Part shown: positions 1 to 9,145 of the stretch, in pieces
Layout of the letters: each line of letters opens with the position of its first letter
Position numbering within the stretch: position 1 is the first letter of the stretch
NCBI GenBank assembly: GCA_965243025.1
Contig: CBDETY010000003.1
Coordinates: 4,032,001-4,096,000 of the forward strand
Direction of reading: 5' to 3'
From: Candidatus Latescibacterota bacterium
GTDB lineage: Bacteria; Latescibacterota; UBA2968; UBA8231
DNA length: 64,000 nucleotides
Made by a program: the position numbers and the translations under genes
Notes under the pieces: generated by a model
Databases searched by the model: none
What the model saw: the letters and a program-made list of their open reading frames with translations, nothing else
What the model was told of the DNA's origin: nothing

Positions 1-873
1 GTCCACGCCGAGTGGCTCGACCAGCGCCACCAGCAGGAACTGAGCCGCCGGCTCCCCGACGGCATCGAGCTCGTCGTCGGGCTCGGGGGCGGCACTGCGC
101 TCGACGACTCCAAGTTCTGCGCCCTCGACAAGGACCTGCCCCTCGTCCTCGTGCCGACCATCGTCTCCACCGGGGCGATCATCCACGGCATCTTCGCCCG
201 CTGGGAGGGCCACCGCACCGTCGGCGAAGCCGCCGACTGGCCCTGGGTCGACTGCGAGCACGTGCTCGTCGACAGCGACGTGGTGCTGGCCGCTCCCCCC
301 TGGCTCAACACCGCCGGCATCGGCGACATCCTCTGCGGGTACGCCGGCATCGCCGAGTGGCGGTGGCGCGCCGCCCGGGGCATCGGACCGGCCGTCGACG
401 AGTCCTGGGCAGAAAGCCTGCACGCCTACCAGGAGAAACTGGCCGCCGACTTCGAGGCCACCCTGGACCCGCAGGGCCGGCTGACCGGGGAAAGCGTGCG
501 CCTCATAACCCTGGCCCTGCAGGAGCGGGACGGCATGCTCGCCGGGGCCGGCGGCGGCAGCGGCGACCACCCCTTCTGGCTGGCCCTGGAGGATATCAAC
601 CGCCGCACCTGGATCCACGGCGAGATCGTCGCCCTCGCCGCCCTGGCGATCGCCTGGCACGCCGGCGAGTCCCCGGAGCTGCTGGCCCAACGCCTGCGCC
701 GCTGCCAGGTGCGCTGCGCCCCCGAAGCGGTCGGAGTCTCGCGCCGCGAGTTCGACAGGGGCCTGGAGTACGTTCCCCGCTACATGGAGGAGCGCGGCAT
801 CGACTCGATCCTGCGCCGCGAGCCGATCGCCGGAGAGCGCGCCTCCGAGCTGTGGGACTTCCTGCACTCCTGA
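1..873 (+). CDS. Glycerol-1-phosphate dehydrogenase-like / dehydroquinate synthase-iron ADH superfamily protein (5'-truncated by window)
   Basis: Frame open from base 1: ...VVGLGGGTALDDSKF...LVPTIVSTGA, AGIGDIL, SGDH and IHGEIVAL motifs typical of G1PDH/glycerol dehydrogenase. Confidence 0.7.
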   Translation, partial: VHAEWLDQRHQQELSRRLPDGIELVVGLGGGTALDDSKFCALDKDLPLVLVPTIVSTGAIIHGIFARWEGHRTVGEAADWPWVDCEHVLVDSDVVLAAPPWLNTAGIGDILCGYAGIAEWRWRAARGIGPAVDESWAESLHAYQEKLAADFEATLDPQGRLTGESVRLITLALQERDGMLAGAGGGSGDHPFWLALEDINRRTWIHGEIVALAALAIAWHAGESPELLAQRLRRCQVRCAPEAVGVSRREFDRGLEYVPRYMEERGIDSILRREPIAGERASELWDFLHS

Positions 874-1078
874 CTTTCGCGGCGTTTCGGCGGGAGGGCC
901 CTCCCCTGCATCGGCTGGCCGCCCTTCGTTTCTGAATTCGATTGTACCGGCCCTGGCAGTGGTCCCGGCGCTTCAGCGGCTGCCGCCGGACTCGTCCCGG
1001 GATCCCGGTTGCCTTTGAAGCGGCGGCCGCAGGAATCGCCCGGGGCTCCCCTACGTCCCCACAGGGTGGTCCGGTACG

Positions 1079-1113
1079 AAAAAATCCCCCGCCAGCCAGC
1101 GCCGGCGGGGGAT
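1079..1113 (-). terminator. Intrinsic terminator of the DUF5069 gene
   Basis: Stem ATCCCCCGCCAGC (1084-1096) pairs with GCCGGCGGGGGAT (1101-1113) at 12/13 positions; followed on the minus strand by TTTTT (A run 1079-1083). Confidence 0.7.
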
Positions 1114-1145
1114 CGGATCTTGTCGACTGAACCAGGTTCGGAGGC

Positions 1146-1574
1146 TCAGCCGAGCGAGCTGTGGAGCTCGGTCCAGTCGTCGAGGTTGTTGAGGTTGACG
1201 GCGTCCTTGATCGAGCCGTCGTCGCCGATGCCGGCCGCCGACAGGATCCCGCCCCGCGTGTCGTCGTCGTGGTCGTACCCGGCGATGGCGGCGTTGGATG
1301 CCTCGATCTCGCTGGCGGGAATGCTGCCGCCGCGCTGGTCGACGACCCACTGCTCGAACTGCGGGTAGGTGGCGTTGTTGTCCTTGATGAAGGCGACCGC
1401 GGCGTCGCGGTCGACCTTGAGCCCGTCCAGAACCATCTGGTCGAAACCCATGCCGCACTCGTCGTACCCCTCCTCGAGCTGCCCGTGGGCGCTCAGCAGC
1501 ACCTTCGACCAGAGCCTGGGGAGGTGGATGGCGCCGAGAGGTCCTGCGACGCCGGAACTGATGGTGGGGATCAT
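1146..1574 (-). CDS. DUF5069 domain-containing protein
   Basis: GPLGAIHLPRLWSK...GFDQMVLDGL pattern of DUF5069; strong AAGGAG RBS upstream. Confidence 0.75.
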   Translation of the reverse strand: MIPTISSGVAGPLGAIHLPRLWSKVLLSAHGQLEEGYDECGMGFDQMVLDGLKVDRDAAVAFIKDNNATYPQFEQWVVDQRGGSIPASEIEASNAAIAGYDHDDDTRGGILSAAGIGDDGSIKDAVNLNNLDDWTELHSSLG

Positions 1575-1726
1575 GGTTGGTCTCCTTGGTTTTTCAGGCC
1601 TCTCTCGAGGCCTTGGGGAAAGCCCCGGCCGGTTGCAACCGCCGGGACGGGGAGAAACGGCTTCGGAACGCCGGTATCAATATCGCCCATGCCGGGGAAG
1701 CATCCAAGAACCGGCCTTTGGGCGCT

Positions 1727-2605
1727 TCAGCTCCTTTCGCCCGGCTTCCGCAGGCCCGGATCGGAGACCGAGTAGGGCCAGCCCGACCCCCCGGCCTGCC
1801 GGAACTCCTCGCCCCTGCCGCACATCCAGGTGAACATCTCCGCCACCCGCGGCACCGACTGCCACTTCCGCGTGCTGCCGCGGAAGTAGCCGTTCTCGTA
1901 CGAATAGTCCGCCCGCGCCGGATCGAACCCGGGCTCGGGCAGCCAGTCCCGCCGCGGCGGCTGCGTCCGCCAGTACACCCACTTCAGGAGGTTGCGGACC
2001 CCTGGGGCGATCTTCTCCGACTGCCGGTGCCAGATCGAGTAGGCGGTGAAGAAGACCGAGCCCGCCGGCGCCGCGGTCGACACCTGCCCGGCGAGGTGGC
2101 CGTAGTGCTCCAGCTCCTCGCGCGCTATCGGCACGAGGTGCGAACCGGGCAGGAAGAGGGTCGGCCCCATCTCCGGGGTCACCGTCTGCGGCAGGTAGAA
2201 GACCTGCAGCAGCTCGCAGGTGCGCTCGAACCGCGAGCCGCCGTCGATGTGCCAGCGGCCGATCGGCCTGGGGCCCTCGAGCCGGTGGTTGGCCATCCAG
2301 TCCGGTAGCTGAAAGCCGGCGCCGAGCAGCGCCCTGCTGACCCCGGCGACCTCCGGATGCAGCAGAACCTCGGCGGCGAAGCGGTCCTCCCGGACCAGCT
2401 CCCCGGCGTTGGCCACCGAGTCGTCGGAGCCGGCCTCGAGATAGTTTCGGACCCACTGGTTGGTCGACTCGGGAATCACCGCCTCCAGGGTGAGCAGCCC
2501 TGTCTTGCAGAACTGCAGGACCTCGGAGTCGCCGATGGTCGCGGCGACCGGACCGGCGCGTCCGCCCCTCTCCACAGAAGTCATGATCCCGGCCCTGGCG
2601 GTCAT
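1727..2605 (-). CDS. Phytanoyl-CoA dioxygenase (PhyH) family Fe(II)/2OG dioxygenase
   Basis: WHIDG (HxD), GPTLFLPGSH, AGSVFFTAYSIWHR; ATG at 2605 overlaps the upstream stop (ATGA). Confidence 0.85.
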   Translation of the reverse strand: MTARAGIMTSVERGGRAGPVAATIGDSEVLQFCKTGLLTLEAVIPESTNQWVRNYLEAGSDDSVANAGELVREDRFAAEVLLHPEVAGVSRALLGAGFQLPDWMANHRLEGPRPIGRWHIDGGSRFERTCELLQVFYLPQTVTPEMGPTLFLPGSHLVPIAREELEHYGHLAGQVSTAAPAGSVFFTAYSIWHRQSEKIAPGVRNLLKWVYWRTQPPRRDWLPEPGFDPARADYSYENGYFRGSTRKWQSVPRVAEMFTWMCGRGEEFRQAGGSGWPYSVSDPGLRKPGERS

Positions 2606-2967
2606 GGTCGCCACCTTTCGAGCACGAATTCGCAGGTGATGTGGGCGTCCTGGGTGTGTCCGGCGGGCAGCTGCACCGGGAAGCGGACGACGCGCCAGCC
2701 GTCCTCCATGGCCTCGAGGACGGCCTGGTACGGCCACGCGGCGGCATCCATGGCGCCGTCGGAGACCTTACCCCCGGCCACCAAGGACATGCCGATAACC
2801 TCGCTGGTCACAGAGGTCGTCGCCGTCTGCAGGTAGAGGAGCTCCTGCCGCTGCCCGGTGGAGGAAGAGGAGGCCGCGGCGAGATCCCGCAGGTCCGCCT
2901 CGGTGAGGGATCCCCGCTCCAGCAGGGCTATGCAGTGTTCGAGTTTCTTCCGCGATGTCTCGTTCAT
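2602..2967 (-). CDS. Hypothetical protein, translationally coupled to PhyH
   Basis: 121 aa ORF with host-like codon usage; ends in an ATGA overlap. Confidence 0.7.
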   Translation of the reverse strand: MNETSRKKLEHCIALLERGSLTEADLRDLAAASSSSTGQRQELLYLQTATTSVTSEVIGMSLVAGGKVSDGAMDAAAWPYQAVLEAMEDGWRVVRFPVQLPAGHTQDAHITCEFVLERWRP

Positions 2968-3140
2968 GGCGTGGCCGCGCGAGGGCGGCGTGTTTGGGAC
3001 GGCCGGAAGATAACCGCGGCGGCCTTCCCATCAATTGCCGGCAGTGGATCGACGAGGTGGCTTGAAAAAATGCGTTGCCATTGTCCACAACCGCGGTTGA
3101 CCTTGAACCCTGGGACATATCTACCGCAGGGGGATCATCC

Positions 3141-3397
3141 ATGGGTCGGATTCCGCACGCGTTCCCGATAAGCTTGTCAAGGCACTGGACTCCGCCGCTT
3201 CGGAGCTGAAGCGAAGCCGCGCCGACATCATTCGCTCGGCGTTGGAACAATATCTTGAAGATTTCGACGACCACACCGTTGCCCTTAAGCGGCTTCACGA
3301 CACTTCCGACCCAGCCCTGAACTGGGACCTTGTCAGGGACGAGCTGCCCGTTCCGGTTAGAGTCTCAGGAACCCGATGGAAATGCCCATCAGATTGA
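3141..3397 (+). pseudogene. Frameshifted CopG/ribbon-helix-helix antitoxin
   Basis: RBS plus ATG at 3141; one base missing near 3153. The shifted frame reads ARVPDKLVKALDSAASELKRSRADIIRSALEQYLEDFDD...LNWDLVRDEL, an RHH antitoxin pattern. Confidence 0.65.
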
Positions 3398-3519
3398 AAC
3401 TGTGTCTGATTGGTTTGTATCTGGCTGTAATGCTGTTTGTGGCGGCTGGTTTTTCCTCGGGTGCCTTCTGCTGATCCTGAGACACAAGACGGCAGACCGG
3501 CGCATGACGAAAGCCTTCC

Positions 3520-5481
3520 GTGCCGAGGACTGATCTCGAGTTCTGGAACCGCCGCGCGAGCGCCGGCAGCATAGCCGCCAACCTGCTCTGGACCTGGGGC
3601 CACATCCGGGCCCACGGGAAACTGGCGGCGTTCGGCGTGGTCGCCGTCCAGCTCCTGCTGGGCCTCCAGCCCGCCCTGCTCATCCACGTCACCCGGAACC
3701 TCGTCGACACCGTGGTCACCGCCGCGGGGGGCGGCTCCGCCGGCTTCGGCGACGCCCTCCCCTGGCTGATCGCCTTCGGTCTGATCCTGCTGCTGACCAA
3801 CGAAGTGATGTGGAATGTCCGCGACCTCCTGAACCTGCGGCTGGAGCAGAACCTCTCCCACGTTCTGGGCCGCCGCCTTCTGGCGAGATCCTCGCGGCTG
3901 CCCCTGCTGTTCTTCGAGGCGAGCGAGACCTACGACCGCCTCGAGCGGGCGCTGGACCCGGGGCGCAAGGTCCACCGGCTGTTCTTCGCCGCCATGGAGT
4001 TTTCCCGGGCCGTTGTCACGGCGGTTTCCGTGGCCGCCATGTTCGCCCCGGTCTCTCCGTGGATCTCCCTGGCCCTGCTGGCGGTGCTGGTCCCGCAGAT
4101 CTACCTCGAGGTCGAGCACAACCGCATGTTCATGGCATTCACCTACGGCGAGACGCCGGAGGAACGCCGGGCCGGGTACGTCGACCGCATCCTCACCGGC
4201 CGGGGAGAGCAGAAGGAGATGCGCCTCTTCGGCCTGCACCCGCTGCTGACCGAACGCTGGCGGGGGATGCGCCGGGTGCTGCGGGAACGGCTGTTCGAGC
4301 AGCGCCGCCGCCAGTTCGCCGGGATGGTCCCGGTCACCGGGCTGCGCATCGCCGTGGGGGTCGGGGTAGCCGGCGCCCTGGCGTACCTGCTCGGCGACCG
4401 GGTCCTGACCCCGGGACGTTTCGTCGCGCTCTTTCAGGGGGTCGACGACATGATCAGCGCCGGCGGCAGTCTCGCCTACAACTCCAGGGAGCTGCAGACG
4501 CGGTCCGCCGAGGTCGGGTACGTGCGGGAGTTCCTCGACCTGCCGGAGGAGAGCGGCGCCCTGACCGAAGCGCCGGCTGCCACCCGAGGGCTCGGCACTG
4601 TAACTGAAGCCCCGGCTGCGACAGGACCGCCCCGGAATGCTCCCTTTCCCCGGCCGCTGCGCCAGGGGCTCACCGTCGAGGACCTCCACTTCTCCTACCC
4701 TGCGGCAGGGTCCGATGAGGTGGATTCCGGCAGGGCTCCGGCGGTGCTGCAGGGGGTCAGTTTCCACCTCGCCCCGGGAGAGCGCGTCGCCCTCGTCGGC
4801 GAGAACGGATCCGGCAAGTCGACGCTTGCCAAGATCCTTCTCGGTCTCTACCCGCCCGGCGCAGGACGCGTAACGGCCGACGGGCTCGACTACGCCGGGA
4901 TCGATCCCGGCAGCCTGACCGCCTCCGTGAGCGCCGCCTTCCAGGACTTCTACCGGTTCGAGCTCACCCTCGGGCACTCGATCGGCATCGCCGCGTTGGC
5001 CCCGGAGGAAAAAGGGCCCTCCCCGGATCTGTGGCCCGGGTGGCTGCAGCCCGACCCGGCTGCGGTCGCCGATGCCGCGCGCCGCTCCGGAGCCGAGGAG
5101 CTCGCCCAACGCCTTTCCGGGGGCTACGACACCCCTGTCGGGCACGTCCTCGACGGCGGGCAGGGCCTCTCCGGGGGAGAGTGGCAGCGGGTCGCCATCG
5201 CCCGCGCCTTCACCCGCAACCCGGAGCTGCTCATCCTCGACGAACCGGCCGCGGCCCTCGACGCCGTGGCCGAGGCCGAGCTCTACCGGCAGTTCGCCGA
5301 GCTCCTCGGGGGGCGCACCGCCCTGCTGATCAGTCACCGCCTCGGCTCGGCGCGCATGGCCGACCGCATCCTCGTGCTCCAGGATGGCCGCATCGTCGAG
5401 CAGGGCCGGCACGACGAACTGCTGGCGGAGAACGGGGTGTACGCCGCCATGTGGGAGGAACAGGCGTCTTGGTACCGGTAG
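3520..5481 (+). CDS. ABC exporter, fused permease/ATP-binding subunit 1
   Basis: N-terminal TM helices; GENGSGKS, LSGGEWQR, ILDEP, SHRL. Confidence 0.92.
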   Translation: MPRTDLEFWNRRASAGSIAANLLWTWGHIRAHGKLAAFGVVAVQLLLGLQPALLIHVTRNLVDTVVTAAGGGSAGFGDALPWLIAFGLILLLTNEVMWNVRDLLNLRLEQNLSHVLGRRLLARSSRLPLLFFEASETYDRLERALDPGRKVHRLFFAAMEFSRAVVTAVSVAAMFAPVSPWISLALLAVLVPQIYLEVEHNRMFMAFTYGETPEERRAGYVDRILTGRGEQKEMRLFGLHPLLTERWRGMRRVLRERLFEQRRRQFAGMVPVTGLRIAVGVGVAGALAYLLGDRVLTPGRFVALFQGVDDMISAGGSLAYNSRELQTRSAEVGYVREFLDLPEESGALTEAPAATRGLGTVTEAPAATGPPRNAPFPRPLRQGLTVEDLHFSYPAAGSDEVDSGRAPAVLQGVSFHLAPGERVALVGENGSGKSTLAKILLGLYPPGAGRVTADGLDYAGIDPGSLTASVSAAFQDFYRFELTLGHSIGIAALAPEEKGPSPDLWPGWLQPDPAAVADAARRSGAEELAQRLSGGYDTPVGHVLDGGQGLSGGEWQRVAIARAFTRNPELLILDEPAAALDAVAEAELYRQFAELLGGRTALLISHRLGSARMADRILVLQDGRIVEQGRHDELLAENGVYAAMWEEQASWYR

Positions 5482-7286
5482 AGCCGGACCCGCTGCTGGA
5501 GCGGCCGCCCGGTCCGCGGACTTTCCTCCGCTTCCTGGGATGGATGATCCGCACCGACCCCTGGCGCGCCAGCGTCTCCCTGGGGCTGCAGTTCACCGGC
5601 GGCCTGCTGCCTGCCGCTGCGGTCCTGGCCGTCCGGGAGATCTTCGACCGCGGCATCGACCTGTACGAAGGCCGGCTTTCCGTGGAGGCCGTGCTTCCGT
5701 GGCTGGCCCTGTGGGCTGCCGTGACCCTGGCCGAGACCGGCATCCAGATGTGGTCCCGGACGATCCTGCTCGAGCGGCTGAAGCAGGAGATGGAGGACCG
5801 GCTCCTCGAGCAGCTCCAGGTCAAGTCCCGGTCCCTCCGCCTGGAGGTCTTCGAGCGGGCCGACTTCCACGATCTCCTGCGCCGCGCCCAGGAGGCGGCC
5901 ACCCCCGGATTCTTCCTCAACGTCCTCTTCGCGATCTACACCATCATCACGGGAACCCTGGCCGCGGTCTCGGTCGCCGTCGTCGTCGGGCTCTGGGACC
6001 CCCTCCTCCTCGTCGCCATCGTTCTCGTCACCCTGCCTCACCCGCTTGCCGCACTGGTCCACAACATCCACGAGTTCTACCTGCATCGCGGCCAGACCCA
6101 GTCACAGCGCCTGCGCGGGTACCTGGAGCGGACGCTGACCGGACGGGACGCGGCCAAGGAGGTGCGGGTGTTCGGCCTGGGCCCGGTCCTGACCGGGTGG
6201 TGGGAGCACCTGTACTGGAAGGTCGCCGACCTCGTCTACCGGCAGCGCCGCAGGCACTACGCCATCGGGGGTTTTCTGTCCGCCTTCAGCCTCCTGGGGC
6301 TGGCCGCCGGGGTGGGCTGGTCGGCGTGGGCGGTTCTCGAAGGCGGGCTGTCGGCAGGGCAGTTCGCCGCCATGATCGTCGCCCTGCGCCAGGTGCGGCT
6401 CGGCGTCTCCCACCTCGTCAACCGCATGAGCTTCCTTTCCCTCCGGCTTCTCAACATCGCCGACCTGTTCATCTACCTGGACCTGGGCCCGGAAGAGCCG
6501 CGGGAGGGGAAGGACATCGGCGCCCTCGCCCGGACGCCCATCTCCGCCCGCGGCCTCTCCTTCAGGTATCCGCAGGCGGACCGCCCCGCCCTCGAGGAGG
6601 TCGCCTTCACCATCCGGCCCGGGGAGCGCGTCGCCCTGGTCGGGGCCAACGGCTCCGGCAAGACCACCCTGGTCAAGGTCCTGCTGGGGATGTTCCGCCC
6701 CACCGCCGGCGAGCTGAGCTACGGCAGTCTCGAGGCCGAACAGGCAAACCGCGGCCAGCTCTGGGACCAGTCGGCCGCGGTCTTCCAGGACTACACCCGC
6801 TTCGCCTTCACCCTCGGCGAGAACATCGGCTTCGGCCGCTACGAGAGGATGGGGGAGTCGGGCGAAATCGAGCGCGCCGCGCGCCAGGGCGGGGCCGACA
6901 GCGTCGCCGGCCGGCTCCCGGAGAGGTACGGCACCCTGCTAACCCGGGAGTTCGAGGGGGGCACCGAGCTGTCCGGCGGCGAGTGGCAGCGCGTCGCCAT
7001 CTCCAGGGGGTTCATGCGCGATGCCGGTTTCGTCGTCCTCGACGAGCCGACCGCTTCCCTGGACCCGCAGGCCGAGGCGGAGGTGTTCCGCCGCTTTCTC
7101 GCCATGGCCGGGGGGCGCACCACCATCGTCGTCTCCCACCGCCTTGGCTCGGCGCGGCTGTGCGACCGCATCCTCGTCCTGAAAGAGGGGCGGCTGATCG
7201 AGAACGGGACCCACGACGAGCTGGTCTCCCGTGACGGGGAGTACGCCCGCATGTGGGCGCTGCAGGCGGGGTGGTACGACAGGTAG
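5469..7286 (+). CDS. ABC exporter, fused permease/ATP-binding subunit 2
   Basis: TM helices; GANGSGKT, LSGGEWQR, VLDEP, SHRL; probable TTG start at 5469 behind GGAGG, overlapping the previous gene. Confidence 0.9.
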   Translation: MVPVEPDPLLERPPGPRTFLRFLGWMIRTDPWRASVSLGLQFTGGLLPAAAVLAVREIFDRGIDLYEGRLSVEAVLPWLALWAAVTLAETGIQMWSRTILLERLKQEMEDRLLEQLQVKSRSLRLEVFERADFHDLLRRAQEAATPGFFLNVLFAIYTIITGTLAAVSVAVVVGLWDPLLLVAIVLVTLPHPLAALVHNIHEFYLHRGQTQSQRLRGYLERTLTGRDAAKEVRVFGLGPVLTGWWEHLYWKVADLVYRQRRRHYAIGGFLSAFSLLGLAAGVGWSAWAVLEGGLSAGQFAAMIVALRQVRLGVSHLVNRMSFLSLRLLNIADLFIYLDLGPEEPREGKDIGALARTPISARGLSFRYPQADRPALEEVAFTIRPGERVALVGANGSGKTTLVKVLLGMFRPTAGELSYGSLEAEQANRGQLWDQSAAVFQDYTRFAFTLGENIGFGRYERMGESGEIERAARQGGADSVAGRLPERYGTLLTREFEGGTELSGGEWQRVAISRGFMRDAGFVVLDEPTASLDPQAEAEVFRRFLAMAGGRTTIVVSHRLGSARLCDRILVLKEGRLIENGTHDELVSRDGEYARMWALQAGWYDR

Positions 7287-7319
7287 ACAGGGGGAATCGT
7301 GCGGGGGGTGCAGTCGGTC

Positions 7320-7512
7320 GGCATCCGCTCAGGACCGGCCCGAGCCGCTGAGCGGGGGCTCCGGCAGCGCCGGGGGAAGGGAAATTTCCGGCCCCGCCGG
7401 AGGATGCTGAAGCTGCCCGGGATCGATGGGGCCGGAGAGATCCGGCATCCGCTTGGAACCGGCCGGAGCCGAAGAAAGTTGAAGCCGCGGGGATCGATGG
7501 TGCCGGAAGATA
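7320..7512. repeat. Imperfect intergenic direct repeats (A-B-A'-B')
   Basis: GGCATCCGCTCAGGACCGGCCCGAGCCG 7320-7347 vs GGCATCCGCTTGGAACCGGCCGGAGCCG 7444-7471; TGAAGCTGCCCGGGATCGATGGGGCCGGAGAGAT 7408-7441 vs TGAAGCCGCGGGGATCGATGGTGCCGGAAGATA 7480-7512. Confidence 0.6.
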
Positions 7513-7595
7513 CGGGGCGACCTCCGCGGCCGCCGACGCGCCGAGGGAAGGGAGGGGCCGGCCGGAGCGGGATTCCGGCTTCCCGGCCGGCGTGC

Positions 7596-8216
7596 TCACC
7601 CTCCCGCCTGATCCGGGGCGGTGGCCTGGGCGACTCCGACCATGGAGTCGCGGCTCACCAGGGGAACCAGCTCTTCCTCGCTGAGGTCTCCGGTGCCGGC
7701 CGGCCTGAACGGAAGCACCATGTAGCGGATCTCCGCGGTGCTGTCCCACACCCGCACCTCCACCGACTCGTCCAGCTCCAGGCCGAACTCCTGCAACACC
7801 GAGCGGGGCTCGGAGACGGCGCGGGAGCGGTAGGCGAAGGACTTGTACCAATCCGGCGGGAGGCCCAGCAGCGGCCAGGGGTAGCAGGAGCACAGGGTGC
7901 ATACCACCATGTTGTGGATGCCGGGGGTGTTCTCCAGCACCACGATCTGCGCCCCTTCGCGGCCGACGAACCCCATCTCGGCGATGGCGGCGGTGCCGTC
8001 CTCCAGGAGCCTCTTTCTGTATTCCGGATCGCACCAGGCGCGGGCAACGACTTTCGCCCCGTTCATCGGACCGACATCCCGCTCGTAGGTTTCGACGACG
8101 GCGTCGACGGCGTCCGAAGCGATCAGCCCTTTTTCCACCAGCAACGACTCGATCGCTTTGGTGCGCAGCGCCCCCGGGGACTCCGGGGCCTCGTGGTGGC
8201 GGTGGTGGTCACTCAT
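7596..8216 (-). CDS. nthA: Nitrile hydratase alpha subunit (cobalt type)
   Basis: Metal site VCTLCSCY (T and Y indicate Co-type); [32 protein letters not shown]. Confidence 0.96.
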   Translation of the reverse strand: MSDHHRHHEAPESPGALRTKAIESLLVEKGLIASDAVDAVVETYERDVGPMNGAKVVARAWCDPEYRKRLLEDGTAAIAEMGFVGREGAQIVVLENTPGIHNMVVCTLCSCYPWPLLGLPPDWYKSFAYRSRAVSEPRSVLQEFGLELDESVEVRVWDSTAEIRYMVLPFRPAGTGDLSEEELVPLVSRDSMVGVAQATAPDQAGG

Positions 8217-8907
8217 CAGATACCTCCTGTGCGCGTGCGGGTTCGAGATAGCTGTCCCAGAGGTCGATGTACACGCCGCCCCTGCCCTCGGCCGATTCCC
8301 CCCAGAGCTCGGCCGCGTCGAATTTCACGCTGTAGAGCGCCTCGGGGTTGCGGTCCCCCCGGGCCATGTCGTCCGCGAGGTCGTGATAGCCGTGGTGCCT
8401 GGCGATGGTGCCGCGGCGCCCGCGCGCGTAGCGCGGCATCCGGTGGTGCCCCCCGGGGTGCCCGTTCCGGGTGCGGACCGCTTCCCCCACCCGGAACCTG
8501 GGAGGTCTGCCCGAGTCCCGCGGCGGCGGCAGGCGGTTGCGCATCCTCTCCATCACCTGGCCGGCGGCGGCAGGGTCTTCGCGGCGTGGAACTTCCGCGT
8601 CGGGATGCCGACGGTAGAATCGGATGCGGTCATCCAGCTCTTCCCGGGTCAGGATGCCCAGTTCCAACAGGCGTCTCTCCATGCGCGCCAGCCAGCGCTC
8701 GTAGTAAGGGCTGCTTACGTATTCGGCGGGATCGAGCAGCTCCAGGGCGTAGCGGGCGGCGTCGCCGGTGGGAAACAAGGGGACCATTCCCGACATCTGC
8801 ATGCCGAAGAGGCGGCCTTCCCACGGCTCGTGAAAGACAGGCTCGTTCTCTTCCCGCTTCACCGGGCCGAAGCCGTGCATGCCCCCCATGTCATGGATGC
8901 CGTTCAT
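8209..8907 (-). CDS. nthB: Nitrile hydratase beta subunit
   Basis: [48 protein letters not shown]. Confidence 0.96.
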   Translation of the reverse strand: MNGIHDMGGMHGFGPVKREENEPVFHEPWEGRLFGMQMSGMVPLFPTGDAARYALELLDPAEYVSSPYYERWLARMERRLLELGILTREELDDRIRFYRRHPDAEVPRREDPAAAGQVMERMRNRLPPPRDSGRPPRFRVGEAVRTRNGHPGGHHRMPRYARGRRGTIARHHGYHDLADDMARGDRNPEALYSVKFDAAELWGESAEGRGGVYIDLWDSYLEPARAQEVSDE

Positions 8908-9145
8908 GTCGCCACCTCTTCTCCGGGCTCAATATATCCGGATTATCCACGATCCCGGCAACGACCCCGGCGTTGAGAGGCTGCTACCCCGTTCGCCCGA
9001 TCATCGCCATGGATGTTTTTCAGGCCATTGATCAGCAGGGATTCGGCTGACGGGAATTCGCTGGAGCCGGCGGGAAACAAGCAGTTTTTCCCCCGAGACC
9101 GCATCTTACCTGCAACTCCACCAGCCCACCCATGCGCTGCAACCC

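Noticed and set aside
3081-3089. DnaA-box-like TTGTCCACA (also TTATCCACG near 8944)
   Set aside because: Isolated single-mismatch boxes with no cluster or origin-associated genes
3295-5412. 705 aa minus-strand ORF
   Set aside because: Antisense shadow of the ABC transporter; long shadow ORFs are expected in high-GC DNA
7320-7512. Repeats as a mini-CRISPR
   Set aside because: Only two degenerate copies of each unit, irregular spacing and no cas genes
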